Source: a virus
DNA length: 64,000 bases
IMG/VR virus record: IMGVR_UViG_3300042897_000742
Location: 29,872 to 93,871 of that record
Strand: one strand, 5' to 3'
Shown here: positions 9,410-19,275 of the stretch, one piece after another
Layout of the letters: every line of letters begins with the position of its first letter
Position numbering within the stretch: the stretch's first letter is position 1
Translations under genes and position numbers: made by a program
The notes under the pieces: model-generated
The model's input: only the letters and a program-made list of their open reading frames with translations
What the model was told of the DNA's origin: nothing
Databases searched by the model: none

Positions 9410-12400
9410 TGGCAAATATCATACCAGGTGTACCAACGCCAAGTGATCCAACATGTGCTCTTACTATTTGCGGTAGAATTATAGCACAAGTAGATTGCAT
9501 TAAGTATATAATGCAAGGTACATCTGCATGTATTGATATTCAGTTTTTTGGCGCAGATGGTCAACCTCTTGACCTAGATCGTTTTTGCGAAATGCAAATT
9601 CAATTAACGAATGAATTTGAATGCGTTGTTGCAAATTTTTGGTATCCTTCTGTTCCAACTGGATCAAAGGGATTTGATATTGAGATTTTACAATACACTA
9701 CGACAGGTGGCAATATAGTAAATAAGGGTCTTCTTAGAATATGTTTATCAACTAACTGTACTCTTACTTCACCTGGTTCTGTTTTTGCAGAAATCATATT
9801 AAAAGAATGTTTACTTACTGGTGTTGAACAAATTATAACAGGTGTTCCTACACCACCTGAAGCAAACGGGGAAACCTTTGGTATTCCTTGTCTTCAGGTT
9901 GCAAATATACTTAATTCAAAAATCGCAAAGAATGGTGGTGCAGGGGGTTGTTTTCCTGGATACATTCCACCTCAACCAGGCAGTAGTGGAATAGGATATG
10001 CAATAGGATCAACTGGAGCAACAGGTATTCACGGGGCATCCGGTTTACAAGGAGAAGTAGGTTTAACCGGATCTACTGGACAACAAGGATTTATTGGTTC
10101 AACTGGGCTACAAGGGAATCAGGGGAATCAAGGTTTTACTGGATCAACTGGACCACAAGGATTTACTGGATCAACTGGACCACAGGGTGCAGGTGGAACA
10201 TTAGGTTATTGGGGTAGTTTCTGGAGCGCGCAAACACAACCTAATCCGGTACCAAATGGCGCTAATGCAATGACATTCAATAATACTGATCCTGATTCTA
10301 ATGGTGTTTCTATCCAGAATAATTCACAACTTACATTTGCATACGACGGTGTTTATAATATTCAGTTTTCTGCCCAGCTTGATAGAGTAGCTGGTCCTGC
10401 ATCTGCAAATGAAGTAGATATTTGGTTTTCAAAGAATGGCGTTCCAATACCTGATTCTAATACACATGTCGTTGTTGCAGGAATTACTTCTGCATCTAAA
10501 GAAGTAGCTGCATGGAATTATCAACTTAAACTTAATGCAGGAGATTACATTGAATTATACTGGTCATGTCCTAACACAAATGTAGAACTTATCTATGTTC
10601 CTGCTCAAGTAAGTCCTCTTCGCCCTGGTGTACCTTCTGTTATTCTTACTGCACAGCAGGTAACATATACTCAAACTGGTGCAACGGGCGCAACTGGTTC
10701 ACAAGGCGATCAAGGTTTTACCGGTTCAACTGGAACACAAGGTTTTACCGGTTCAACTGGAACACAAGGTTTTACCGGTTCAACTGGTCCTCAAGGTGCA
10801 GGCGGTACCTTAGGTTATTGGGGTAGTTTTTGGAGTACACAAACTCAACTTAACCCTGTGGCAGATGGGGCTAATGCAATGACCTTTAATAATACAGACC
10901 CAGACTCAAATGGTGTTTCTATTCAAAATAATTCACAACTTACATTTGGATATGATGGTGTTTATAACATACAATTTTCTGCTCAACTTGATAGGGTGGC
11001 TGGTACGGCATCTGCAAACGAGGTAGACATTTGGTTTGCAAAAAATGGAATAGACATCCCAGATTCCAATACTCATGTTGTTGTTGCTGGAATTACTTCT
11101 GCATCTAAAGAAGTAGCTGCATGGAACTATCAACTTAAACTAAATGCGGGGGACTACATTGAACTCTATTGGTCATGTCCTAATACCAACGTTGAACTTA
11201 TTTATATTGCACCAGAAGTTAGTCCAGCGCGACCTGGTGTACCTTCTGCAATTTTAACTGCTCAACAAGTAACATACACACAGGTCGGTGGAACTGGTGC
11301 AACTGGTATACAAGGCAACCAGGGTGATCAAGGTTTTATTGGAGCAACTGGAGCACAAGGTAACCAAGGTGATCAGGGGTTCATTGGAGCAACGGGTTTT
11401 GATGGAGCAACTGGAGCACAAGGTAACCAAGGTGATCAGGGGTTCATTGGAGCAACGGGTTTTGATGGAGCAACGGGTTTTGATGGAGCAACTGGAGCAC
11501 AAGGTAATCAAGGATTTATTGGGGCAACGGGTTTTGATGGAGCAACTGGAGCACAAGGTAATCAAGGTTTTATTGGAGCAACTGGGACACAAGGTAATCA
11601 AGGATTTATTGGTGCAACTGGTTTTGATGGATCAACCGGCCCACAAGGCGCGGGCGGCACCATTGGTTATTATGGATCTTTCTATAGCACAGCAATCCAA
11701 ACCAATGCAGGTGCCTCATCTGCTAATGTAATTACATATAATAACACTGACATAAGTAATGGTGTAAGTATAGTTTCAAATTCACAAATTACTATCGCTA
11801 ATCCAGGTATCTATAATATACAGTTTTCTGCACAACTTAACAAAACAGATAGCGGTGTTGATGAAGCCTATATTTGGTTATCAAGAAATGGTAGTAATGT
11901 TCCGGAGTCCAACACTATTGTTGAACTAGATAAGAATAATATGAAACAGGTTGCTGCATGGAATTTCCTTGTAGAGACCACCAACCCAAATGAATATTTT
12001 GAACTCTATTGGCACAGTACCGATTTAGATATAAGACTCTATGCTGAGCCTGGTTCAACTGGACCAACTAAACCTGCGATTCCTTCTGTTATCCTAACAG
12101 TTCAACAAGTTACATATACTCAAATAGGAGCATCTGGTTTAACTGGTGCAACTGGACCTGCTACTTCACTTTATTTACTTGAAGCGTATGCAAATGTGAC
12201 ATACACTTTACCAGGTGGTTTTACTGATGATACCTGTAGATATAGTATTGTGAATAATACGGTAAATGTACCAAGTGGTTGGTTTAATACATCAACATAT
12301 AGATTTACACCTCAAAAGGTAGGTTATTGGGAAATCACCGCATCATACGATATTTATAGAAATAGTGAAGCAAGTATGGCGATTAGGAAAAACGGTGGAG

Positions 12401-12570
12401 TAGTGGCAGCTGCCGGTTCTTTTAACGCGGTAGCCCAACAAATAACAAAAATTGTGTATCTAAACGGTTCAACTGATTATATAGACGTTATGAATACTGG
12501 TGGGGCATCAAACTCAAGGGCACAATTTGATAGTAGGTCTTGGTTCCAAGCGAGATGGATTGGTGAATAA
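9409..12570 (+). CDS. Collagen-like fibre/surface protein with three repeated beta-rich domains
   Basis: G-X-Y runs (GATG/GSTG/QG) between three homologous GY(W/Y)GSF...YNIQFSAQL...AAWN domains; Cys-rich N-terminus. Confidence 0.85.
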   Translation: MANIIPGVPTPSDPTCALTICGRIIAQVDCIKYIMQGTSACIDIQFFGADGQPLDLDRFCEMQIQLTNEFECVVANFWYPSVPTGSKGFDIEILQYTTTGGNIVNKGLLRICLSTNCTLTSPGSVFAEIILKECLLTGVEQIITGVPTPPEANGETFGIPCLQVANILNSKIAKNGGAGGCFPGYIPPQPGSSGIGYAIGSTGATGIHGASGLQGEVGLTGSTGQQGFIGSTGLQGNQGNQGFTGSTGPQGFTGSTGPQGAGGTLGYWGSFWSAQTQPNPVPNGANAMTFNNTDPDSNGVSIQNNSQLTFAYDGVYNIQFSAQLDRVAGPASANEVDIWFSKNGVPIPDSNTHVVVAGITSASKEVAAWNYQLKLNAGDYIELYWSCPNTNVELIYVPAQVSPLRPGVPSVILTAQQVTYTQTGATGATGSQGDQGFTGSTGTQGFTGSTGTQGFTGSTGPQGAGGTLGYWGSFWSTQTQLNPVADGANAMTFNNTDPDSNGVSIQNNSQLTFGYDGVYNIQFSAQLDRVAGTASANEVDIWFAKNGIDIPDSNTHVVVAGITSASKEVAAWNYQLKLNAGDYIELYWSCPNTNVELIYIAPEVSPARPGVPSAILTAQQVTYTQVGGTGATGIQGNQGDQGFIGATGAQGNQGDQGFIGATGFDGATGAQGNQGDQGFIGATGFDGATGFDGATGAQGNQGFIGATGFDGATGAQGNQGFIGATGTQGNQGFIGATGFDGSTGPQGAGGTIGYYGSFYSTAIQTNAGASSANVITYNNTDISNGVSIVSNSQITIANPGIYNIQFSAQLNKTDSGVDEAYIWLSRNGSNVPESNTIVELDKNNMKQVAAWNFLVETTNPNEYFELYWHSTDLDIRLYAEPGSTGPTKPAIPSVILTVQQVTYTQIGASGLTGATGPATSLYLLEAYANVTYTLPGGFTDDTCRYSIVNNTVNVPSGWFNTSTYRFTPQKVGYWEITASYDIYRNSEASMAIRKNGGVVAAAGSFNAVAQQITKIVYLNGSTDYIDVMNTGGASNSRAQFDSRSWFQARWIGE
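11311..11640 (+). repeat. Coding tandem repeats of the collagen region
   Basis: Recurrent GGAGCAACTGGAGCACAAGGTAA / GGAGCAACGGGTTTTGAT units. Confidence 0.8.
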
Positions 12571-12601
12571 TGCCATTAAGAATAAATAATTAAAATAAGT
12601 C

Positions 12602-13267
12602 ATGAAAAATAAACTTGTTCATTATTTTATCATAGGTATCTTCTGTAGCCTCTATTTCTTAGTAGCTACAATCTCTATGATAAACTCGGTTGCATTTTTT
12701 GACCTTGCTCATAATGGAGTTATGAACTGGGCACTTGCAATTGGATTTGAATTAGGAGCCGCGGCTTCTCTTGCTGCTATCATTATCCTGGATAAAACAA
12801 ATAAGACAATGGTATGGACATTGTTCCTACTTCTTACCGCATTTCAAATGATGGCCAATTCATTTCATGCATTCATAAATCTCGAAAACTATATGCCTTG
12901 GATAGAACTATTTGGTCTTGAAGAGGAAGAACCTATATTCCAAAAAAGAATTCTCTCAATTGTAAGTGGAGCCGTATTACCTATCGTGGCTCTAGGATTT
13001 ATTAAATCATTGGTTGATTACATCAGACCTGAAAAAACTGAGGAAACCGCAACGGCAGTTATTGAAAATAAACCAGCCGAGGTTCCTACAGAACCACAAA
13101 TAGAAACCCCTAAGGTAGTGGAAGAAAAAGTGGAAACCCCATCTGTTATTGGTGATTCAAAGGTAGGTCATGTTACTATAAACCCCGAAGTTACTGAAAC
13201 TAAAGAAGATGTAGTGGCTACCAAACAACAAATCCCACCGGTTAAAAATTACAATCCTAAGCCATAA
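12602..13267 (+). CDS. Multi-pass membrane protein
   Basis: About 4 hydrophobic helices followed by an acidic/Pro-rich tail. Confidence 0.75.
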   Translation: MKNKLVHYFIIGIFCSLYFLVATISMINSVAFFDLAHNGVMNWALAIGFELGAAASLAAIIILDKTNKTMVWTLFLLLTAFQMMANSFHAFINLENYMPWIELFGLEEEEPIFQKRILSIVSGAVLPIVALGFIKSLVDYIRPEKTEETATAVIENKPAEVPTEPQIETPKVVEEKVETPSVIGDSKVGHVTINPEVTETKEDVVATKQQIPPVKNYNPKP

Positions 13268-13308
13268 GTTTTACTTATGAACTTATTAACCCAAAAAAAT
13301 ATAAAGGT

Positions 13309-14022
13309 ATGCCAGCTAGAACCTATGATGATGAAGTGTTTCGCGAAAAGCGAACTATAAAAAATCCAATAAAATTTAAGATACCCCTAAATGAAGAACA
13401 AAAAGCAGCAAAGGATATTATTTTAGCAAATACAATAACTCTCCTTGCTGGTAAAGCTGGTAGCGGTAAAACATTATTAGCATGTCAAATTGCATTAGAT
13501 GGTCTATTTCGTAGACATTTTGAAAAGGTAATTATTACGAGACCTACTGTCTCAAAGGAAGAGATAGGATTTCTTCCAGGTGATCTCCATCAAAAAATGG
13601 ATCCATGGGTACAGCCAATTTATCAAAACATGTATCTCTTGTATGGAAAGGATAAGATTGATCCTTTTATTCAAAGCGGTCAAATTGAAATTGTACCAGT
13701 TTCATTTATGAGAGGGCGAACATTTCTTGACTCTTGTGTTATCGTCGATGAAGCACAAAACGTTACCAATGAACAGATGGAAATGATTGTTACAAGAGTA
13801 GGTCTTCGCTCAAAGATGATTATCTGTGGTGATGACGGTCAGGTTGACTTAAAGAATAAGAGCGATTCTGGTTTTAGATTTTTGTATAACTGCGCAAAGA
13901 AAATAAAACATCTTGCTGCTATTACATTATTTCAAAATCACAGAGATCCTATTGTTGATACTCTTATTGATGTGTATGAAGAAGAGAATTTAAGAAGAAA
14001 TGGCGGAAAGCCTAATAAATAG
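13309..14022 (+). CDS. phoH: PhoH family ATPase
   Basis: GKAGSGKT, GFLPG, FMRGRTF, DEAQN and GD..Q.D. Confidence 0.95.
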   Translation: MPARTYDDEVFREKRTIKNPIKFKIPLNEEQKAAKDIILANTITLLAGKAGSGKTLLACQIALDGLFRRHFEKVIITRPTVSKEEIGFLPGDLHQKMDPWVQPIYQNMYLLYGKDKIDPFIQSGQIEIVPVSFMRGRTFLDSCVIVDEAQNVTNEQMEMIVTRVGLRSKMIICGDDGQVDLKNKSDSGFRFLYNCAKKIKHLAAITLFQNHRDPIVDTLIDVYEEENLRRNGGKPNK

Positions 14023-14037
14023 AAAAAATGAACCATT

Positions 14038-14919
14038 ATGATATTAAAGAAAGGATCCAAGGGAAATGATGTTAAAGAATTACAAAGATTCCTTGGTATT
14101 AAAGATGACGGGAATTTTGGACCAGGAACTGAAGCCGCTGTTAAAAAATGGCAAGCCGCAAATGGTCTTACCGCTGATGGTATTGTGGGTCCTGCCACTT
14201 GGAACGCTATGGGTGTTGCTACTACTGATGCTTCGGAAAAAGTTTATACAACAACAAATGGATTAATAGTCAATCGCTATTATATGCCTACTGATGAGTA
14301 TTTACAAGGACCTATTAAACCAGAATGGGTATTCCTCCACCACACAGCAGGATGGCATAATCCTTATAATACTATTGATAACTGGGCAAAGGATACTCGT
14401 GGAAGAATTGCAACGGAGTTCGTTCTAGGTGGTCCTTCGGTTAGAGGTAATGACGATAAGTACGATGGTGTAATGGTCCAGGCATTTCCTGAAGGAAATT
14501 ATGGATGGCACTTAGGTCAATGTGGATCTCAAAAAATGCATAAGAATTCAGTAGGAATTGAGGTATGTAATTTTGGATATGTAGTAAATGGTAAAACATA
14601 TGCAGGTACTCAAGTTACACAATCCCAAACTGTTGAATTAGCAAAGCCTTTCCGTGGGCATAAAATATGGCATCGCTATTCAGATGCTCAAATTGAATCA
14701 TTAAGACTCTGGATTCTTTGGATTGCTGAAAGAGATAATATTGATGTAAGAGCAGGATTACCAGCCTTAATTAAAAAGAATGGTGCTGCTGCATTTGAGT
14801 GGAATGAAGATGCTTATTATGGTAAGGTTAAAGGACTATGGACTCATACTAATACAAGAAAAGATAAGGTTGATATGTTCCCTCAACAAGAATTGATGGA
14901 TATGTTAACAAACCTCTAA
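14038..14919 (+). CDS. Endolysin: peptidoglycan-binding domain plus N-acetylmuramoyl-L-alanine amidase
   Basis: LKKGSKG.DVK.LQ..L....DG.FGP.T / DGIVGPATW; HHTAG, SVGIE and TH...RKDK.D. Confidence 0.9.
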   Translation: MILKKGSKGNDVKELQRFLGIKDDGNFGPGTEAAVKKWQAANGLTADGIVGPATWNAMGVATTDASEKVYTTTNGLIVNRYYMPTDEYLQGPIKPEWVFLHHTAGWHNPYNTIDNWAKDTRGRIATEFVLGGPSVRGNDDKYDGVMVQAFPEGNYGWHLGQCGSQKMHKNSVGIEVCNFGYVVNGKTYAGTQVTQSQTVELAKPFRGHKIWHRYSDAQIESLRLWILWIAERDNIDVRAGLPALIKKNGAAAFEWNEDAYYGKVKGLWTHTNTRKDKVDMFPQQELMDMLTNL

Positions 14920-14935
14920 AAATAGAAAATATGAA

Positions 14936-15079
14936 ATGGCAAAAGCTAAAGCTGGTGTAACTGATTCTTTCAGAAAGAAACCTAAGGTATCACGACCTGG
15001 GATTCAGGCTAAGACAAAACAGTCTAAGAATAAGAAATCAAAGAATTACGTTAAACCATATAGAGGTCAAGGTCGCTGA
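14936..15079 (+). CDS. Small basic protein (47 aa, ends YRGQGR; not in ORF track)
   Basis: MAKAKAGVTDSFRKKPKVSRPGIQAKTKQSKNKKSKNYVKPYRGQGR. Confidence 0.7.
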   Translation: MAKAKAGVTDSFRKKPKVSRPGIQAKTKQSKNKKSKNYVKPYRGQGR

Positions 15080-15229
15080 CTTAATGTCATAGACATTTTT
15101 GTATTTTCATGAAATCCATGACATTTTTTGTAGTGTTTTCTTAAAAATATAGTTTTGCACGGTTTTTATAGTATAATAAACAAATAGGGGAAACTCTATT
15201 ATAATAAAAAACTAAAAAAATATTAAGCT

Positions 15230-15592
15230 ATGTTTTATTACAATTCAAATCACTTTGATAACCTACTAAAAGATGCATTTAAAGATTGGCCTACATGGTC
15301 AACAACATTAACATCAACTGGTAATCACTATTCAGAAAAAACTGATGATGGGTATAAGTTGGAAATTGCAGTTCCTGGCTTAACTAAAGAAGACCTAAAG
15401 GTTAAGATTATTAAAGGTGATCTTAACATTACCTGTGAAAAAGAAAATCACTGGGTTTCTCGTTTTGACAAAACATTTAATCTACCTAAGGATGCAAACA
15501 TTAAAAAGGTAAAGGCAACAGTTGAAAGTGGTATCTTATTAATTACAATTCCTGTAAATGAAGATCCTGAAAACATTGTTGAGATTATTTGA
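15230..15592 (+). CDS. Small heat-shock protein (Hsp20)
   Basis: LEIAVPGLTKEDLKV, F.LP and A.VESGILLITIP. Confidence 0.9.
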   Translation: MFYYNSNHFDNLLKDAFKDWPTWSTTLTSTGNHYSEKTDDGYKLEIAVPGLTKEDLKVKIIKGDLNITCEKENHWVSRFDKTFNLPKDANIKKVKATVESGILLITIPVNEDPENIVEII

Positions 15593-15634
15593 AACAAGAT
15601 AGGTAAACTTGTATATAAATAAAAAACAATAGAT

Positions 15635-15859
15635 ATGGAAAATCAAAATCCTCAAGAATTAACCCAAGCACAGGCAGTAAATGTTTTAATCCAGGCCGCT
15701 CGCATTGCACAGTCAAAGGGAGCATTCACGCTTGAAGATGCAGAATTAGTTTCTAAAGCAATTAAGGCGTTTGTACCGGTTAACCAAGAAAATGGCCAGG
15801 ATCCTGTGATTAACGAGTCTTCTAATGAAGTCGTTGAACCGGTAATTGAAAAAGCATAA
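15635..15859 (+). CDS. Hypothetical protein
   Basis: Preceded by a class 2 promoter motif (15592-15618); AQSKGAFTLEDA. Confidence 0.7.
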   Translation: MENQNPQELTQAQAVNVLIQAARIAQSKGAFTLEDAELVSKAIKAFVPVNQENGQDPVINESSNEVVEPVIEKA

Positions 15860-15883
15860 AGTGGTTAAACTCTTGGTTTTGAT

Positions 15884-15917
15884 AGAGGATCTGAGAAATC
15901 AGATCCTCTTTTTTTTC
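15884..15917 (+). terminator. Rho-independent terminator
   Basis: AGAGGATCTGA-GAAA-TCAGATCCTCT followed by a T-run. Confidence 0.85.
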
Positions 15918-15950
15918 TTACAGATAAATAATAAAATTAAGAACCTGCAG

Positions 15951-17426
15951 ATGAAGAGGAGAATTCCTAAAATAGTAGTTAACCCTACGAGAGTACAACC
16001 TAATAGACCAATTCAGGTTGTTAATCAAGTACAACCACAGAGACAACCAGTTCAGATTAATAATGCACCAACTGCACCATTAAATAAAAGGACTACCTTT
16101 TCTGCAAAGAGTTCAAATAGAGTTTTTATTTTAGGCGGTGGGCCTTCAATGAAAGATATGAATCTTTCTTTTCTAAAAGATGAAGATGTTATTTGTGTAA
16201 ATAAGTCGATTGATCTGGTAAGAAATCCTACATTCTTTATTACAATGGATTATAGCTTTTTTGGAAAAGTAGGGGCATCAGTTCAAACTATAGCAGCAAA
16301 GGCTAAAAGTAGTCATTTTGTAATTAATAAAGGTCATAAGTATATACAAGAAATAAATGGAACTTATGTTGATGTTAGAAATAATCTAAGGTATACAGGC
16401 CTTGAACATTTTTCATCAGTAATTGAATCAGGTTTAACTACTCATGATAGGAGTGGATTTGGACTTTCTCTTAAAGAATTTTGCCACGGTGATAACAGTG
16501 GTTATTGTGCAATTCAATTTGCAATTTTAGCAGGATATCGTGAAATTTACTTATTAGGATTTGATTTAGGAAATACCAATATTCATTCAGAAACTCATTT
16601 TCATGGAGCTTATCCTAAAGTACCATCTGAAACATTTAGACAAAAGTTAGGTACATATACAGCAAATCTTGTATCATCAATGTCTAAAGTATCAACAAAG
16701 AGTTCTGTTAAAATAATGACAATGACACCATCACCATTAGAGGCTGTAATTCCTTTGATTAAAACTGTAAGAGGCGTTGATAAAGTAGAATTAACGCAAC
16801 CTCCTAAAGAAACGCCTAATCCAACATCTTCATTGTCAGATTTAGTAATAGTTGCATATTATACACTTAATACACCCTATGAAGAAGAAGCTAAAAAATT
16901 AATTAGATCTTTAAGTAGATTAGGACTTACTTATGATGTAGTTGGGGTTAAAAATCTTGGTGATTGGCAAGCAAATACCAGATTTAAGGCTAAGTTTATG
17001 GAAGATATGTTAAACAAACATTTAGGTAAAAATCTTTTATACGTTGATTCCGATGCAATAGTTCATAGTAAACCTATTCTTTTTGAAAATTATGATTGTG
17101 ATATTGCTGTAAGATGGCAAGACTTTAGATGGAGACAAAATGAATGTCTAAGCGGAACCATATTTATGGCAAATAATGAAAAGACCAGAGAACTTTGTAA
17201 AAGATGGCAAAGAATTAATATAAGCGAAGGTCCTAATGCAAAAACATTTGAACAGTGGAACTTAGGTTCGGTAATTAAACAAATGGAATCAGAAGGAAAA
17301 ATAAAAACAAATAATCTACCGGCAGAATATACATTTATCTTTGATAGCATGAGAGCAATGTATCCTAATGCAGTACCTGTTATTGAGCATTTTCAGGCAA
17401 GTAGAAAATTAAGAAATAAACTATAA
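15951..17426 (+). CDS. Two-domain glycosyltransferase-like protein (Maf/DUF115-like plus GT-A)
   Basis: ILGGGPS...NSGY.AIQFA...G..EIYLLGFD; C-terminal YVDSDA (DxD) and IEHFQASR. Confidence 0.75.
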   Translation: MKRRIPKIVVNPTRVQPNRPIQVVNQVQPQRQPVQINNAPTAPLNKRTTFSAKSSNRVFILGGGPSMKDMNLSFLKDEDVICVNKSIDLVRNPTFFITMDYSFFGKVGASVQTIAAKAKSSHFVINKGHKYIQEINGTYVDVRNNLRYTGLEHFSSVIESGLTTHDRSGFGLSLKEFCHGDNSGYCAIQFAILAGYREIYLLGFDLGNTNIHSETHFHGAYPKVPSETFRQKLGTYTANLVSSMSKVSTKSSVKIMTMTPSPLEAVIPLIKTVRGVDKVELTQPPKETPNPTSSLSDLVIVAYYTLNTPYEEEAKKLIRSLSRLGLTYDVVGVKNLGDWQANTRFKAKFMEDMLNKHLGKNLLYVDSDAIVHSKPILFENYDCDIAVRWQDFRWRQNECLSGTIFMANNEKTRELCKRWQRINISEGPNAKTFEQWNLGSVIKQMESEGKIKTNNLPAEYTFIFDSMRAMYPNAVPVIEHFQASRKLRNKL

Positions 17427-17432
17427 TTATTT

Positions 17433-18107
17433 ATGAAAATAAATGAATACTTTGATAAAGTAATATGCATTAATCTTGCCAAGCGATATGATAGGTGGGA
17501 AGAAATGCAGGAGCAGTTTAATAAGCATAAAATTAAAGTAAGTAGATTTAATGCAATTGATGGAAATCCTATGGGATGGAAGAGCGAGAATTTTGCAGGA
17601 AAGGAAACCTCATTCAATGGCGCCATGGGTTGTATTGCAAGTCATGTTAATGTATATAGTTTAGCCAAACAAAATGGTTGGAAAAATGTTTTAATTATTG
17701 AAGATGACTGTGATTTTATAGATAATCTAAATGAAATGTTTGAAGAGTCTATAAAAACATTACCTAATAAATGGGATCTTTTATATTTTGGTGGAGTTCA
17801 TGAAACGCGAGGTGGTAAATTCGTTCCTGAAAAATTTAATAAGTATTTTGTTAGGGCAAAGAGAATTATAACAACTACATGTTATGCAGTTAATCATACT
17901 GCATATGATTTAATTTTAGATACCGTCTTAAAAAAGAAACCTTATTTTGATTGTCCTATAGATACATACTTAGGAGCTTATATACAGCCTAGTTTAGAAA
18001 CATATGCCTATCATCCACCGATTGCATGGCAGAGACCAAGTCATAGTGATATTCAAAATGCCCACCGTGACTATTCAGAAATGATGAAAAAGAATAACAT
18101 AAAATAG
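17433..18107 (+). CDS. Glycosyltransferase family 25
   Basis: INL..R.DR, RF.AIDG, GC..SH and LIIEDD. Confidence 0.85.
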   Translation: MKINEYFDKVICINLAKRYDRWEEMQEQFNKHKIKVSRFNAIDGNPMGWKSENFAGKETSFNGAMGCIASHVNVYSLAKQNGWKNVLIIEDDCDFIDNLNEMFEESIKTLPNKWDLLYFGGVHETRGGKFVPEKFNKYFVRAKRIITTTCYAVNHTAYDLILDTVLKKKPYFDCPIDTYLGAYIQPSLETYAYHPPIAWQRPSHSDIQNAHRDYSEMMKKNNIK

Positions 18108-18111
18108 CATT

Positions 18112-18675
18112 ATGAAGATTGATTACATAATTGCAACTTTATATAGAGATACATTAGATAGAGCTATAAAATCTATAACAGACGAAGGTACAAATCATAA
18201 CATTTTTGCTATCGGACATATTAAGGATGGACGAGGGTGTGGTAACAGAAATGCAGGTTTATCTCAAGTTAAAGATAGTGATTGGATTATTTTTCTGGAC
18301 GATGATGATTATCTAGTTAGAGGATTTAGTAAACAACTTGATAATAATTTTGATATTGTTGTTTTTAGGATGTCCCAGGATGCATCTAATCCATATTACC
18401 CACCTAAAATTATTCCAAGAGTATGTAATAAATGTTCTGAAACTACATCAAAAGGATGCTGTTTACATAGTGGGAATGTTGGTAGTAATTTTGCAATAAA
18501 GACTTCATTTTATCTTAAGTATAAATGGTTATTTGATTGTTCTGTTAGGATACCAGACTGGCATTTCTTAGAAAGGGCAATTGAGAAAACCGATAAGATA
18601 AAAGTTACAAAAGATATATTTTATGTTGCTCCAATGGGAGGATATAATAAAGTAAAACCTAATGGAAAAAAATAA
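18112..18675 (+). CDS. Glycosyltransferase family 2-like
   Basis: RNAGL......WIIFLDDDD. Confidence 0.75.
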   Translation: MKIDYIIATLYRDTLDRAIKSITDEGTNHNIFAIGHIKDGRGCGNRNAGLSQVKDSDWIIFLDDDDYLVRGFSKQLDNNFDIVVFRMSQDASNPYYPPKIIPRVCNKCSETTSKGCCLHSGNVGSNFAIKTSFYLKYKWLFDCSVRIPDWHFLERAIEKTDKIKVTKDIFYVAPMGGYNKVKPNGKK

Positions 18676-18681
18676 AAGAGT

Positions 18682-19275
18682 ATGATAATAACAGTTTATA
18701 ATGATGTTATACCACGAGATGTTGTGGAGAGCCAAAGAAAGGTATTTGAAAAATTTGGAGAAAGGATTATACAAATTAAACCGAAAGTATGGGAAGGGCA
18801 TGCCCATACAGTTGATTCTCATTTAAGAAATAACGAATGGGAATATGCAATAGTAGTTGATATTGATTGTATTCCTCTAAATAAAGATGTGATTAAAGAA
18901 GCAAGAGAATGGGCTTTAAAGAATATAGGATTATATTCAGTTGCACAAAATCCTAATCATATACCAGGTGCTCCTGATTATGCAAGCCCAGCCTTTATTG
19001 CATTTTCAAGAAAGACTTATGAAGAACTAGGAAGACCCAGTTTTCAAGGAACTAAGACCTGGGATGTTGGTGGTGAATTAACCTATAAGGCAAGAGAAAA
19101 AAATATGCCGATAGTATTAATGTATCCAAGTCATGTTGAAATTCCTAAATGGAAATTTAAAGATGGAAAAATGTTTGGAATAGGAACTACTTATGCAAAT
19201 AAAATATATCATCATTTTGAAGGAAGAAGAGTAACAAAAAGTTTTTTAGATAAATGTAAACAAATTTTATTATGA
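18682..19275 (+). CDS. Putative GT-A glycosyltransferase
   Basis: VDIDCIPL (DxD) motif within the GT cluster. Confidence 0.55.
   Translation: MIITVYNDVIPRDVVESQRKVFEKFGERIIQIKPKVWEGHAHTVDSHLRNNEWEYAIVVDIDCIPLNKDVIKEAREWALKNIGLYSVAQNPNHIPGAPDYASPAFIAFSRKTYEELGRPSFQGTKTWDVGGELTYKAREKNMPIVLMYPSHVEIPKWKFKDGKMFGIGTTYANKIYHHFEGRRVTKSFLDKCKQILL

Noticed and set aside
15846-15950. Upstream extension of the GT ORF given in the track
   Set aside because: It spans a terminator hairpin; the ATG at 15951 after a late-type motif is the more plausible start.
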